Source of the DNA: Amoebidium appalachense
Lineage: Eukaryota; Protista; Ichthyosporea
NCBI GenBank assembly: GCA_963693365.1
Contig: CAVNZM010000005.1
Coordinates: forward strand, 4,905,167-4,969,166
Reading direction: 5' to 3'
DNA: 64,000 nt
The position numbers and the translations under genes were made by a program. Under the pieces are notes generated by a model. That model was not told where the DNA came from, searched no databases, and saw only the letters and a list, made by a program, of their open reading frames with translations. How positions within the stretch are numbered: the first letter of the stretch is position 1; the number at the start of each line of letters is the position of its first letter. Of the stretch, positions 27,586 to 40,908 are shown piece by piece.

Positions 27586-29624
27586 TCCACAACACAGTAA
27601 CAATTACGTATTAAGAGCAAAGAAATATCTATCGTAGCAGCTTCTATGCTATTTACGATTACTTGTTTAAACTTGTATATATATATAAAGATGTTTTAGC
27701 TCGTACTCTGGGACGGACACTTCTGTTGCGAGCATGAAATCTTCATCTGGTCATCGTAACGAACGCAAGAAAGTGATCACTTCGGCTATGCGTGCACGCT
27801 TTTGTGAGCACTTCTTTTGGTGGCGGTAAAGCGTGCCGGTAATTACCATATTGCACCGCGAAAATCGCATCAAATAAAAGTGCTGCTGATGGATAAACAA
27901 AAGATAGCATTGCTAAGATAATAATACCATCGTATCACTTGTTCTTGTTCGTTTATAATAAACAATACTTTGCGCATATAATTCCAAAAATTTCCTTAAA
28001 ATGAAAAAGTTCAAAGCCTATTTCAGTCTGTGTCAACAGCTAAGCAAGCTCACCTGTTACATCCGATCAGCTGATCGGCCTTGAATTGCTTTCAGATATT
28101 TAATAGATATATTGACATTTCTGTTAGATTATTGCCGGCAAAAAAGGTAACACGAAGACTACGAGGGCTTGGACAATAATCCAGAATTGGCTTGAAGGTG
28201 ATTGGTGGATCGATGGGAGCACAACTTAGTAGGCGATAAAATCAACACCAAAAGGGCATAGCCCATAGGAAGTGGCTTTTGACACAATGGATTCACGATT
28301 AATAAGCATAAAGATATATAATTTTCTTTGAGTTATTGTAACTTTTTTTCTTGTCTATTCCATAATTTAGGTCGACACCACGCGATTGCGGACGGTTGAT
28401 CACCGGCCGAGCGGCCTGGGCCGGGAGTGGCCAAGCACTTGGCCCAATCGGCTGCCTTAAATTTATTTAAAGTCACGTACAACAGCTACCAGAAATTCCT
28501 GATTGGCCTTGCAAGCGACGATGGTCCTTCGGTCAGCTTCCAAGGAAACTGCTCTGTATTTGTCATTTTTTTCTGGGTTGCTCTGTATTTGTTCATTTTT
28601 TTCTGGGTTTATTTCAAACCTTAGTGCTAAACATTCTTCTTCTTATATTTGGCGTTATTTTTTTTAGCTATTTATATGCTAGAGAATGAGGAGTTTCCCT
28701 AAGAACGGCCCTGTCCAGGCCCCGAGGGTTCACTGATACCGAGTCCCGATCTAGGGTGACTTCTTGTTTTCGATTATTCTCTCTCTGATTGGTTGGCTTC
28801 TTCATGACACTGGCCAATCAGCTGTAGCTACAGCTGTTTGTTGAATTTGAAGCCCTAACCGACAGATATATATCGTATTATTTCGGTTAAAATGATTTCC
28901 CGGGAAAAACCTACCTTCGAGGCTATATAAGCGTGAATTTAGTTCTTCCAATGTGTGAATGAAAGCCGTTTACATTACTATTCATCTAAGAAGTGGTGAT
29001 CACCAGTTCGTAGAGTTCGAATACCACTACTCTACACGTGCTCCCACCTTGCAGCCTGCTTATTGGCTGAAGTAACGGGCCTTTGAAGTTTCTACAGTTT
29101 TTGCCTGTTGTCCTGACCAAGAAGATTACAATCGCACAAAAAACCTTTCCACATGAGCCATCTCGTCAAGCTTTATTTCTACATACTGTTATGGTGTTTG
29201 GGCGTACAAAGCATTGTGAGAACAAGCCGTTCAAAGCGTACACCTCGGTTCGGATTTATAAAGCTTTCTCAAATTCTCTGGTGTTCTACGCAGCCCCCCT
29301 AGACCGTTCCCGCGATCACCATTTCTCACGTCTACGAATTTTTTTTCTAGAATTCTAGCACCTCCCAGGCGTCCCAGCGCCTGACAGTCCGACCAGAAAA
29401 AAAAAGCAGGAAAAAGCCTCGCCACGCCAGACGCCACGCCTTGTTCGCTTTATTCCACACAGACAACAGAGGCTGTATTCGCTGAAACTGTTATTGCTTC
29501 TGGAGTTCTAAATGGGTCCCCTCCCCTTCCCCTTTCCCCTCCCCCACCTTTCCCCTCCTTCCCCCCCCCCCCCCCCCCCCCAACACACGCACACAGTTTC
29601 CTTCCACGCACGCACCTCTTTCTC

Positions 29625-29815
<191 letters not shown>

Positions 29816-30692
29816 AGTTCGTACGCGTAGTTGTAGGTTTAGTTCGGGAAGACTATAACTAGTTGTGTGTCAGTGTAGTCAGCACATAATCCAACGGGCA
29901 ATTAAGATGTGTACTGCAAACTGTTATTGAAAAGCGAGTGCAGGTCACGTGCACAGTCCACGTACTCAGCAAATACTTTAATACTGTGGCACCTAATAGT
30001 GCTATCTGTGAGGTTTTTACGGTGTAAAGGAATAAACAAAACACCACTAATAGATATTAGTATAGCCTCGGGCCCTACTGGAACAAACCCCTTATTCAAT
30101 TTGGCGATTTTCAAAACGTCTAATTGATCACCGCTTCCGCCGAAATGGCTAACATAATTGTACATGGCTAATTACTATTGTAGTACATTACCGTGCCCCT
30201 GTCATCAAGGCCAGTCTGTACGTTTATAGCGGGATCAGTACGTCCCCTTCTGAGGCCGGTACCCACCCAAAAACACCAGTACTGAGACAAGACGTTAATT
30301 ATGAAGAAACCGCAAAAAAAAAAAAAAAAAAAAAAAAAAAGGAAACTTTGAGATGTGACAAGAAATGAAGAAAAGGCCCGGGGTTCCTATAGGCCTGTGG
30401 TCGGGCCCCCCATGGCCAAGCACCTCAAGATTCTTCACCACTATGAGAGGGGAAGGCTGGGTTTTGAAGGAGGGGAGAGGGGGGGGGGGGGGGGGGGGGG
30501 AGGGGGGGGGGGGAGGGAAGCTGGAACACCCTTACAGCAGACAAGTGCTGAAGGAAGGAAAATGCTCAGAGTGAGCACAGAGCTCTCCGGGCTTCAGAAC
30601 AGATTACGGTAGCAGTTGATGGCATCAGGCTGTTGTGGTAATTCCGGGTCCGTGTACATGTGGGACGTCGTATATGTCAGAATATACAACAG

Positions 30693-31272
30693 GCGCACAT
30701 TTCCCATGGCGGTGCCCTGCAGCTCTCCGCCACCAACACGCACGCGGGCGGGGGGAACCATGGGCGTCAAAGACGAAAATTTCTCCTTGAAGCTGGACAT
30801 GTGGCACGATGCAGCACCATCCCAGGTCCAGGGCTCGGCAAAGCCGCTGGCAGCAGGGAGGGCTGTAGCATGAGCTACGGCCATCAGCAGAACACCGTTG
30901 TAGGCACTGCCGCCGGCAAGGGCCTCAGGAGCAGCCAGGTTGGCGCGTAGCGTCTCAATGCGGCGGGGACACATAGTGATCAGGTGACCGGACTGTTTGC
31001 AGTTGAAGCAGAGCCCGTTCTTTCTGCAGTAGTCACGGTCCTTCGTGCTCATGGTGGGCTGGCTCCCACCCGGAGGGCGCCTGTCGTTCTTCTTGTTCCA
31101 ACCATTGGGCTTAGTGGGCACATGCCAGTGGTCGTTGCGGTTGCTAGCAGCAGCCAGGGCCGTCGGTTCTGTCGGTTTCGGGGAGGGAGCCGGGGCCCTT
31201 GGCTGCTTGCCCGGGTGTACGCTTGCCCCTTCTCTCAGCCTGGCGCGCCACTGCCACCCACGGTGTCTGCCT
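30693..31272 (-). pseudogene. Inverted Copia gag C-terminus (zinc knuckle) and protease fragment
   Basis: Minus-strand CFNCKQSGHLITMC (CCHC) and WTWDGAASCHM...GNVRL, opposite in orientation to the rest of pol. Confidence 0.9.
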
Positions 31273-34200
31273 TAACGGTGCGCTGCAGCTACACTGCCGG
31301 GCTCCTTCGCACGACCAACCTTGCCCCTACCATAGTAGTGTGCTGGCGCAGGTGTATGCACAGGAGGAGGAGGAGGAATATTCCTGCAGTGATGATGAGA
31401 GCAGCAGCTACGATTCAGATGACAACGACGGTGAGAAGGAGTGGATCACCGGCACGGCACATGCGGCTACCATCGCGGCGGCAACGGCGGCCACATCATC
31501 AGCAACGGGATCATCGGCTGCATCACCCTCTGTGTCAGCCTTACCCTCCCAGCACCCGTGGTCTCCCTTCAAGAATGCCGGTGCCGCCCCCACGCACATT
31601 TGGCACCAGCGTCTGGGTCACACCAACGATGGTTATGTGCACTGCATGGTCAAGAACAACATGGTTGAGGGTATGGAAATCACCGGCAGCTCCCCTGCTC
31701 ACACCCACGTGTGTGAGGGGTGTGCACTTGGCAAAGCCAAGAACGCCCCCTACCCTACCACCGGCCGCACCCGCGCCACGGCCCCGTGCAGCATTGTGCA
31801 CGTTGACCTGGGTGGACCATACACCGAATCTGCAGACCATGCACAAGTTCTACATGATGGTTGCGCAGTGCGACGCCACCGACATGTGCTGGGTATGGTG
31901 CCTGCACAGCAAGGATCAGGCCGGAGATATTATCATGCCTTCACAGTGCGCATGGAACGACAGCACGGTTACCGTGTGCAAATTTTTCGTCACGACAACG
32001 GGGAGCTCACGGCACATCATTTCCGGCGCTTCTGCCAGGACCGCGGCATTGTGCAGCAGAACGTTAAGGCTGAGTGGCTTGTTGGCCACATGGCCAAGAT
32101 GGTATGTGCGCTTATGGCCGGTGTGCCTGGCTTCCCGCGTCAGCACTGGCCGTCGGCCGTGCAGACTGCAGTGTATCTGTCCAACATCACACCGCATAAG
32201 GCTGTGGCTGGCAAGACTCCGTTTGAGGCCTTCTATGGAATCAAACCCAATGTTTCCCATCTTCGTGTGTTTGGCTGCCTTGCGTATGCGACCATCCCAA
32301 CGGATCGGAGAAGCGCGGAAACAAGCTGGACCCGCGTGCCGAACGGGGCATTTTGATTGGCTACGGTGCTGACGACGGCGTTAAGGGCTACCGCATCCTA
32401 TTGGCCACCAATAAGGGCTTTGGGAAGGTCGAGGTGAGGAGGAGTGTAACTTTTGACGAGAGCATGACACTGCTCAAGGGCACCCCGACCCCCTTCAGCC
32501 CTGCTACCGCGACGGCTGTATGCGATCAGATCCCATCGACCAATGAGATTGCGGCACCGCAGATCGCCGGCACATCCGGATATCTGCTACCCGGCTGAGA
32601 CGTCAACATCAACATCACCGCCAGCAGGCAATCGGGTGCCTGCACAGGAGGAGACAGCTACAACACCACAGCCTGCCCCTGGCGGTGCTGTGGGACGGCC
32701 AGCGACACGACGCGTGCGCTTTGACACGGAGAGTATGCCTGCGCACCACCAGCCCCCCCGCACCAGGAGTGGACGTGTGTGTAACACTGATAAACATTTA
32801 GGTGGGGGGCGCATGCGCGACAACAACAAAGTTCTGGCCATGATGGCAGCAGCCAGTGCCCTTGTCGCCAACACCACCGGCACCAGCAGCATGCTTGTGC
32901 CCCATTACCGGTCTGTGGATGTGCCCATACCGGAGTCACTGAGGGAGGCACGTGCATCTGTGTTTGCAGCACAGTGGGAGGAGGCTATGGAGGCTGAACT
33001 GGCTAACCTAGGCAAGTACGGCACCTACTCACTGGTGGAGCTTCCCCAGGGGTGTAAGCCTATTAAGGTGCGGTGGGTGTACGACGTTAAGACCAACGCC
33101 AACAACGAGGTGACCCGCTTCCGCGCCCGTCTAGTGGCCAAGGGGTACACCCAGAGACCGGGTCTGGACTACACCGAGACCTTCTGCTCGACTTCTCACC
33201 CCACCACCACACGTTACATCATTGCACTTGCCGCAGGTCTCCACCAACACTTGTGCTCCTTTGACGTAGACATCGCATTTCTGAATGCACTACTGCATGA
33301 AGAAATCTACATGTGCCAGCCCGAGGGGTTCGCCATATCGGGCAAGGAGGGCATGGTGTGCCGGCTGCACAAGGCCATCTACGGGCTCAAGCAAGCAGCA
33401 CATGAGTGGATGGAGACGTTTGCTGCTGCCCTGGCTACTGTGGGGTGTGTGCGCTCGGAAGCAGACCCCTCCCTCTTCACCCGCAGGCCGGACGGCATCC
33501 ACAAGCAGCTGATGGAACTGCACATCGACGACATGTTGTGCAAGGTGTCTACTACGATGGATGCCGAGGCACTCGAGGAGGAGTTGGGAAAACTTATCAA
33601 CATCAAGAGGGGTGGTGACGACTACGTAGGGGTGCAAGTGGAGAAGCGGGTGGGGCAGGGAGAGATCACCATCCATCAAGCCCACTACGCCCGCCAGGTG
33701 CTTCAGCGCTACGGCATGAATGACAGCAAGCCTGTGGATACGCCTATGACGCAGGACAAGCTCAGCAAGGACCAGTGCCCCACCTTCACCCGAGGAGATA
33801 GCAGAGATGGCCAACTACACAGCCCTCTACCAGGGCATAGTCGGCAGCCTGATGTATTTGGCCGTGTGGGCCCGCTCCGACATTTCGCACGCTGTGAGTG
33901 TGCTGGCCCGCTTCAACAGCAAACCCGGGCAGGCCCACCTGGTTGCTGCAAAACGTGTGCTACGTTACATCAAGGGGACCATCAACCACGGCATCACCTA
34001 CCGCCGCTACGACGCCAACACGGTTAAGGGTGAGGTATTTGGATACGTGGATGCTGATTGTGCGGGCAACCCAGATAACCGGCGCTCAACGTCTGGCTTT
34101 GCTTTTCTCGCCAGCGGTGGTGCGATATGTTGGGTGTCGAAACTTCAGACTGTGGTGGCAGACAGCACCGGAGAAGCAGAGTATGTGAGTGCAGCGCGTG

Positions 34201-34531
34201 CGACGAAGGAGGCGGTGTGGTTGCGCAAATTGGTTACCGCCTGTGGCTTCCCGCCTGCTGGACCCACCATTCTGCACGAGGACAACCAGGCCTGCATCAA
34301 GATTGCAAAGAACCCCGAGATTTTAACCGTACCAAGCACATTGCGATCAAGTACCACCTTACTCGCCACCACGTGCGTCACGGCAACATTGCGCTTGTCA
34401 ATGTGCCGACCAATCAGCAGGCGGCAGACATGTTCACCAAGGCGCTAAGGCGCAAGTTGCTCGACAACTGCAAGACTTTGGTGGGCATGCAGACCCGTGG
34501 TACCCCATCCAGCAAGGTGCAGACGGTGTGA
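31273..34531 (+). pseudogene. Copia pol (integrase, RT, RNase H), frameshifted
   Basis: Split across several ORFs (31199, 30984, 32353, 32543, 33807, 34127). The RT active-site motif reads LHIDD, and the integrase core appears shortened around GIVQQNVKAE. Confidence 0.9.
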
Positions 34532-34670
34532 GCAAGTTTTGGCGGCTACACAACCAGGGGTGTGAGTGTTTTCGTGTTTCGCTAAATTATATTCGTTGGT
34601 TTCTATTGGTGCGATTTTCTTCGCTGGATTTTCGCTATTTTCCTATTGTGCCCTAGTGTTGTAAGGGGTG

Positions 34671-35450
34671 TGTCAGAATATACAACAGTAGTGCACGATC
34701 ACACACACAGCGTTTCGCACACCTGTGTGCATATATTTTGGTCAAGTAATATTGTGTATGTCTCCGTGTGCACACAGCTCGTTCACATCATATGATAGCT
34801 TAGATAGCTTCTCGATTGAACTTATCAGTCTTTATTTCATAGACATGCACGGCATGCAGAGTCTTATCAGTTGTTAGGTACCTGGTACGCAAGCTATTCG
34901 TAGTGTATGCTGTTATTGGCCGATAGTTAGACGTTTGCGTCACCCACACAGCCGTAGGATAAGTTTCTTCGTTGTGTTTCTGGCTCTGGGTCGCGGGAGG
35001 ACGGTGCCAGAATAAGTGAGAAGTTTTCGCTGTACGTGATGTGGTGTTACGTCATATCATGTTTTTGATTGGCTAGATTTATAGCATTCAGAGTATTCGT
35101 TTAGATGATTGGATAAATAGATTTGAATAGATCCCATCCGGAATGTGTAGGCATCTGCCTGCGGCAGACAAAAGGAAGGGATTAACTGTAAATTAAATCA
35201 GTTGTGGATTGCATACAGACGGTGTGTGTCTACCACTCCGCGCTACTAATGTGCTGTGGCAAAGTCCACTGCTTCAGCACGTCTTGCATGTGTGTGTGTG
35301 TACAGTGTGTGTGTGTTGTGTGGACTGATCACCCATTAAGACTCACTTTACATACACATGCTCTCGGTGCTCTGGTGTTAGTAGTGTGTTGGCTCTGCTC
35401 ATACGGCTTGAACTGTAGGACTTAGAGTAGAAGTCTGTATTTTTCTTGCA
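34671..35450 (+). repeat. 3' LTR of the Copia element (780 bp)
   Basis: Begins TGTCAGAATATACAACAG after the purine tract (identical to 30675-30692). Ends TTCTTGCA immediately before the TSD GTATA. Confidence 0.85.
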
Positions 35451-35607
35451 GTATATGTGTTGGGTCTGATCGATATGCATGAAGCAAAACTTTGAGGGGG
35501 TGGGTGGGTGGGGGGGAGGGGGGGGAGGGGAGGGGGGGGGGGGGTGGGGAGAGGGGGGGGAGGGGGCGCCACCAAGTTGGAGGGGGGGGGGGGGGGGGAG
35601 GGGGGGG

Positions 35608-35650
<43 letters not shown>

Positions 35651-37129
35651 GGGGGGGGGGAGGGGGGGGGGGGGGGGGGGGGGGGGGAGGGGGTGGGTTG
35701 GGTGGGTGGGTGGGTGAGAGGGGGGGGGGGGGGGGATGATATAATCAGTGGAGTCGGAGCAGTGAACTTAGTACCCCTTGGGGAGGGGAGCTCTGGGCCA
35801 GGCTACATATACTAGCCAGTAGGTGTATTGTATAGCTAGAACGTGGTCATCCGTCGGTATATAACTGAGTTTATCGTGGTGACTTGAACTCGCTTGCTGC
35901 TTTTGCTTGCTGCTTTACAAAGTTTGGCCAAACTTTATCAGTCTTGACTAAATATACATACTAGCTTGCACGAGCCAGCCCTCCCCTAAGGCTTAAACAA
36001 CGGTTAAAACAACCGTGGTGGCACGCAGGACTTTGCAAGTTTCTTTGAAGGTTGCAGCCCAAGTTAGAAGGCCGCAAAATCATTATGCATTATAAAAAAA
36101 AATTAAAACACAACGTCATTATTTTTTTTGAAACCGTCACCCCTTAACCATCCGTTTCCAAATTGCGACCTTGTCACAAGTCTTAGAGTCTACATTCCCC
36201 AGCAACGGCTCGATGAAAGCCATCGGCATGCAGGAAAATTCAATGATCCTTCCAACTATGCCAAAAGAAGCTTGATCATTTTGTTTGCACGAACGGTTTT
36301 GACCATTACCGGAGCCCCCTCCCCCTCCCCCCCCCCCCCCCCCCTCCCCCCTCCCCCCCCAATCGGCCCCCTCTCCCCCCCCCTCCCCCCCACCCCACCT
36401 CACCCTACCCCCGGTCCACCCCACCCCCACCCCACCCCACCGCCGGTCTGCCACGCACACACGGATATATCAATTTGTATGTATACTGATATCACAATGG
36501 GCCACCAACTACAATTGAAGCCTTGAATGCGTAGTTTTGCCATACACATCTGGCATTGTGTGCTGTCCACATACCCAGTGTATGGTCAAACAATTGCGCA
36601 CATATTTAATTGTAAACGTCGTGGCAAAAAGTCACAAGGGAGCCTTGCAGCGCCAATTGCTGCTGCTCTATCGCTCCAGGCAACTACATATTACTGACCA
36701 AAAAAAATACCCCCTCCCCCTCCCCCCTCCCCCCCTCCCTCTTCCCCCCCCCCCTCCTCCTCCTCCCCCCGCTCCCGGTTCTCTCCAAAAAAAAAAAAAA
36801 AGAAAGAAAAAGAAAAGAAAAGGAAAGAAAAGGAAAGAAAAGGAAAGGAAAGGAAAGGAAAGCCTTAGAAAAGAAAAGAAAAGAAAACATGAAGAAAGGG
36901 AAAGAAAAGGAAGAAAGAGAGAAAAAGGGCGGCTTCCCATAACGGATAACGGCTCACCCACTCATCATATCCAGGTTAAACCTTCCTACCAATGACCCCC
37001 CTCTCTCCCTCTCCCCCTCTCCCCCTCCGCCTTCCCCCCTTCCCCCCTCCCTCCCCCCTTTCCTCCCCCCCCCCACCCTTTGCTCTCAAGAAATCTTATT
37101 TGCACATGTCAGACCTCCACCCGGCCTAT

Positions 37130-37736
37130 TCAGCCGGTAACATGTCGCATAAAAATATCATGTGAGGGCCGTGACCTTCGTCGCATCATAAAGCACAAAT
37201 ATTGTTGGCCCTGGTGCCAGCGCTTGAACACAACCTCGCATAATTCTAATTTAGGTATAATAAACAACATATCCCCTCCCCCGCCTCCCCCCGAACTCCC
37301 CCCCAACTCGCCCCCTCCTCTCCCCTCCCCGCATTTCCACATCCCACCCCCCTCCGCCTCCCTCCTTCCAATCTAAAATCTAGCTCGTGCGATCCACCCC
37401 ACACACACCCTTTCTCACGCTGTTCAACTCCCTCACCCACGTCTCTGCCCGGTTTCTATTCTTCATGCACATGCGATATCCCATGGGCTCAACTCCATCC
37501 GCCCCGCCGTCCGTCAGAAGAATAACAAGGCTGCTGTTTCCGTTAACGTCTTGTACCCGGCACTCTCTGTTGGTGGGTGCTTGTTTGGTCAGAAAGGGCT
37601 TAAAGAAAGTTGCTAGCGAGCTTTTTCGTGAAATTTTGTGGTTCCTGGCCACACTCTCTCGACTTAGACTTTAAAAAAATTCGCCAGAGATATTCTCCTC
37701 GGGAAAGAGTCGCCTCCCCCTCCCCCTCCAACCCCC

Positions 37737-37767
<31 letters not shown>

Positions 37768-37836
37768 CCAACCTCCCACACACACACACCCTCCCACACA
37801 CACACACACACTCTCTCTCTCTCTCTCTCTCCCTCT

Positions 37837-37914
<78 letters not shown>

Positions 37915-38683
37915 TCTCTCTCTCTCACCCCCACCTCCCCACCTCCCCCCTCTCCCCCTCTTCCTCTCTTAGCATAACAATTCTCCCTGCATCAATCCAA
38001 TACCCGGCGGTTAGTTATGTGCCTTTACAGCCCCAGCCCCCCCCCCCCCCCCCCTCTCTCCCCCCACCCCACCTCCACCACCCATAATAGACACACACAC
38101 ACGCGCGCACACGCACACGCACACGCGCACAATCAGTCGAACAGACTTACAGGCACACACACATACACTTACACACACGTACGCACACGCACACGCGCAC
38201 AATCAGACGAACAGACTTACAGACACACACACATATACTTATACACACGCACGCACGCGCACACACGCACAATCAGATGAACAGACTCACAGACACACAC
38301 GCATACACCGAGGGTTGACCAGTAACCGGTAAGCCACAATACTAAGGCTCTGTGACACACACACACACACGCACACCGTGAAAATGTTTGATTGAACGGG
38401 GGTGAGGAAGACGGAGGAAACTACCTACTAGAGTGCAGGGGAGATGATATTGGGGAAACAGACTCCAGTTATCACTATGCGCAACAGCCACAGACACACA
38501 GGCGCATTGCATACGTGCTTGGGAGTGCTCAGGGAGGGGGGGGGGGAGGGGGAGGGGAGGGAGGGAGGGGAAGGGAGGGGGGAAAGCGGGGGGGGGGGGG
38601 GGGGGGGGGGGGAGGGGTTCAAGAAAAGCTTTACAGAGTACGAAGTACATTTTGCGACAGAAACCACAATGCAGATATTCCAG

Positions 38684-38722
<39 letters not shown>

Positions 38723-38848
38723 ACAGAGGGGGAGGGAGGGGAGGGGGGAAAGAAGAAGGACGAAAGAAAGACGGGAGAAAAAAACAAAAAGAGCACAAAC
38801 AGAGCATGCATTACCTGTAAGTAGAGCCCACCCGGCATCCGAGGGAAA

Positions 38849-38907
<59 letters not shown>

Positions 38908-39110
38908 GGGGGGGGGCAGGGCTCAATAACGTACTTGCACAACATAAGGTTGATGGACTCCACTGGTGCCTTCTGGAAGCTGTACTCGGTGGGGTTGGTG
39001 GGCTGGATGGGTGTGTCCGTGTCCCGGTACAATGACAGATAGCCGTCACTACCGAGCACAACATAACGGCGCCTCCATGAGCCCACCTGCATGAAATGAA
39101 GCGGGGAAAG

Positions 39111-39141
<31 letters not shown>

Positions 39142-39486
39142 CGTGTGTGTGTGGGTGGGTGTGTGTGTGTGGAGGGGGAGGGGGGAGGGAGGAGGGGGAG
39201 GGGGGAGGGGTTAGAACTTTATACGACGAAGAAACATGTTGAGGGAAATTAGGTTAAACGCTAAGGAGTAAATGGAGGACTCTAGATCTGCTGGCCATGG
39301 GATAGAATTTGGGTTGGTGGGTGGGTGGGGGGAGGGGTGGAGGGGGGAGGTGGAGGGGGGAGCGAAGGTGCGAGGAGAAGGGGGTGGGAGTGGGGTGAGG
39401 TGAGGGAGGAACGGGGGGGAGAGGGGGGGGGGGGGGGGGGGAACTCTGCTTAAAGGCAGCGATAAAGCCAAAAAAGCCAAAAAAGC

Positions 39487-39522
<36 letters not shown>

Positions 39523-39834
39523 CCATAAATATACAAGAAAGCTAATGACATACCAAAAGGAACCGATTTAAATATTAGCACGAGACACACTCAAGCACCA
39601 TGCCCCTCATCTGGGAAATACACTGTAGGTGTGCTCGGAAGATTCCTACATATCCTCGAATAGTTATATGATCATGATTCAATGATTTCTATGATCCAAA
39701 GTTGGGGTGTAAATTCGTAAATCACACATGGTTCCGGCATTTTCTAAATGGGCCACCTCTTCTGAATGGGCCATCTCTATTTAGGGGGAGTTGGCGTGGG
39801 CTTGTGGTGATGGTGGTGGCGGCGGTGGTGGTTC

Positions 39835-39873
<39 letters not shown>

Positions 39874-40908
39874 CTGCTTCCGTAGGTAGTTGTGGTTGGA
39901 TGTCACAAGGAAACGAGAAATTTTCAGAGGTTCATATTTTTGAATTCGATTTATGAACGGTTCCTGAAAAATTAAACTATAATGTGGCCTTTTCTTGGGT
40001 TCGAATTCTTTGGAGTCAATAATTCATCCTATTTTTCTTTGGTCTCATGAATCATCCATTGATGGCTGGGCAGTGTTGGCGTACGTGAATATTAGTGTAC
40101 CATATATATTTCTAGTTTGCATGTGTGATTGTACAGGGAGCATGCATATTTGCTACGACATTTTTTTTGTGTGGCTATTCATATCGCACCTTGAGCATGT
40201 TCTTGTGCTCGTGGACATGTGCCTGCAGCCAGGCAATGGGCATGTACATACGTATGTATGTGGATCTGCATGTGCATGCGTGTGCGTATGCGTATGGTGG
40301 TGCGCACGTACATGTACATCATGTGCTTATTCATGATGTCGTCTGGATGTTCATGTGGATGTGCATGTGCATGCGTCTGTGCCCAGGTGTTTACATGTGC
40401 ATGTACATGTGTGTGCCACGGCTGCTGTACATGTGCGCACCATGTGCATGTGCATTTGCATGTGTTCCGCACGCACGTGCCTGTGCGGTGCATGTGCACG
40501 TGCACGTGCATGCAACTGACTGTGCGCACATGTGACCGCCATCTATCTTGTGGGTGTAGGTGGCCAGCAAGCCGGTGTGTGTAAACAAGTCAGTTTGTTG
40601 TTTGAAACCGGATTTTACAATTAACATTAGGCTGCACAAACTCTAAGTGACACCTCCAACTTCTTTTTTCTGTAAATACCGAGGCGAATTTCACTCACCT
40701 TATCAGCATATACCGTCTGGATGGTGAATGTTTCCGAGATGACCGGGGTTCCCTCTTCATAATCCGAGTCAGAATCGACATCAAACGAAGAAACGTAGCT
40801 TGAAAGCGCACGCGTGTTTTTCCGTGAGTGGGACGAGTCCCGTTTGTGTGGTTGGTCTTCTGCGAACGTTTGGCTTGGACTGTAAACGCCCCCAAGAATC
40901 GTAGCCAT
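37130..40908 (-). CDS. PH-domain-containing protein
   Basis: Exons are approximately 40908-40699, 39087-38936 ([26 protein letters not shown]), a possible 24-nt microexon 38838-38815, 37669-37410 ([14 protein letters not shown], the PH C-terminal helix) and 37245-37130. Phases are compatible. Confidence 0.7.
38617..38677 (-). mobile_element. Diverged 3' fragment of the poly-C-linked repeat
   Basis: Minus strand ctgcattgtg...gtacttcgtactc...ttgaa then poly-C. Confidence 0.5.

Larger units (their letters stand above)
30675..35450 (+). mobile_element. Ty1/Copia LTR retrotransposon, degenerate and internally rearranged
   Basis: TG...CA ends with 5-bp TSD GTATA (30670-30674 and 35451-35455). Contains GAG-pre-integrase HIWHQRLGH, integrase VHVDLGGP/RHDNGE, RT (RFRARLVAKGYTQRPGLDYTETF, LHKAIYGLKQA) and RNase H (GYVDADCAG..RRSTSG, TKHIAIKYH) in Copia order. 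PPT-like gtaaggggtg precedes the 3' LTR. Confidence 0.95.

Noticed and set aside
30984-32372. 462-aa ORF as an independent gene
   Set aside because: It is an alternative frame over the Copia integrase. Only the short KFYMMV..CWVWCLHSKDQA stretch is real integrase sequence displaced by frameshifts.
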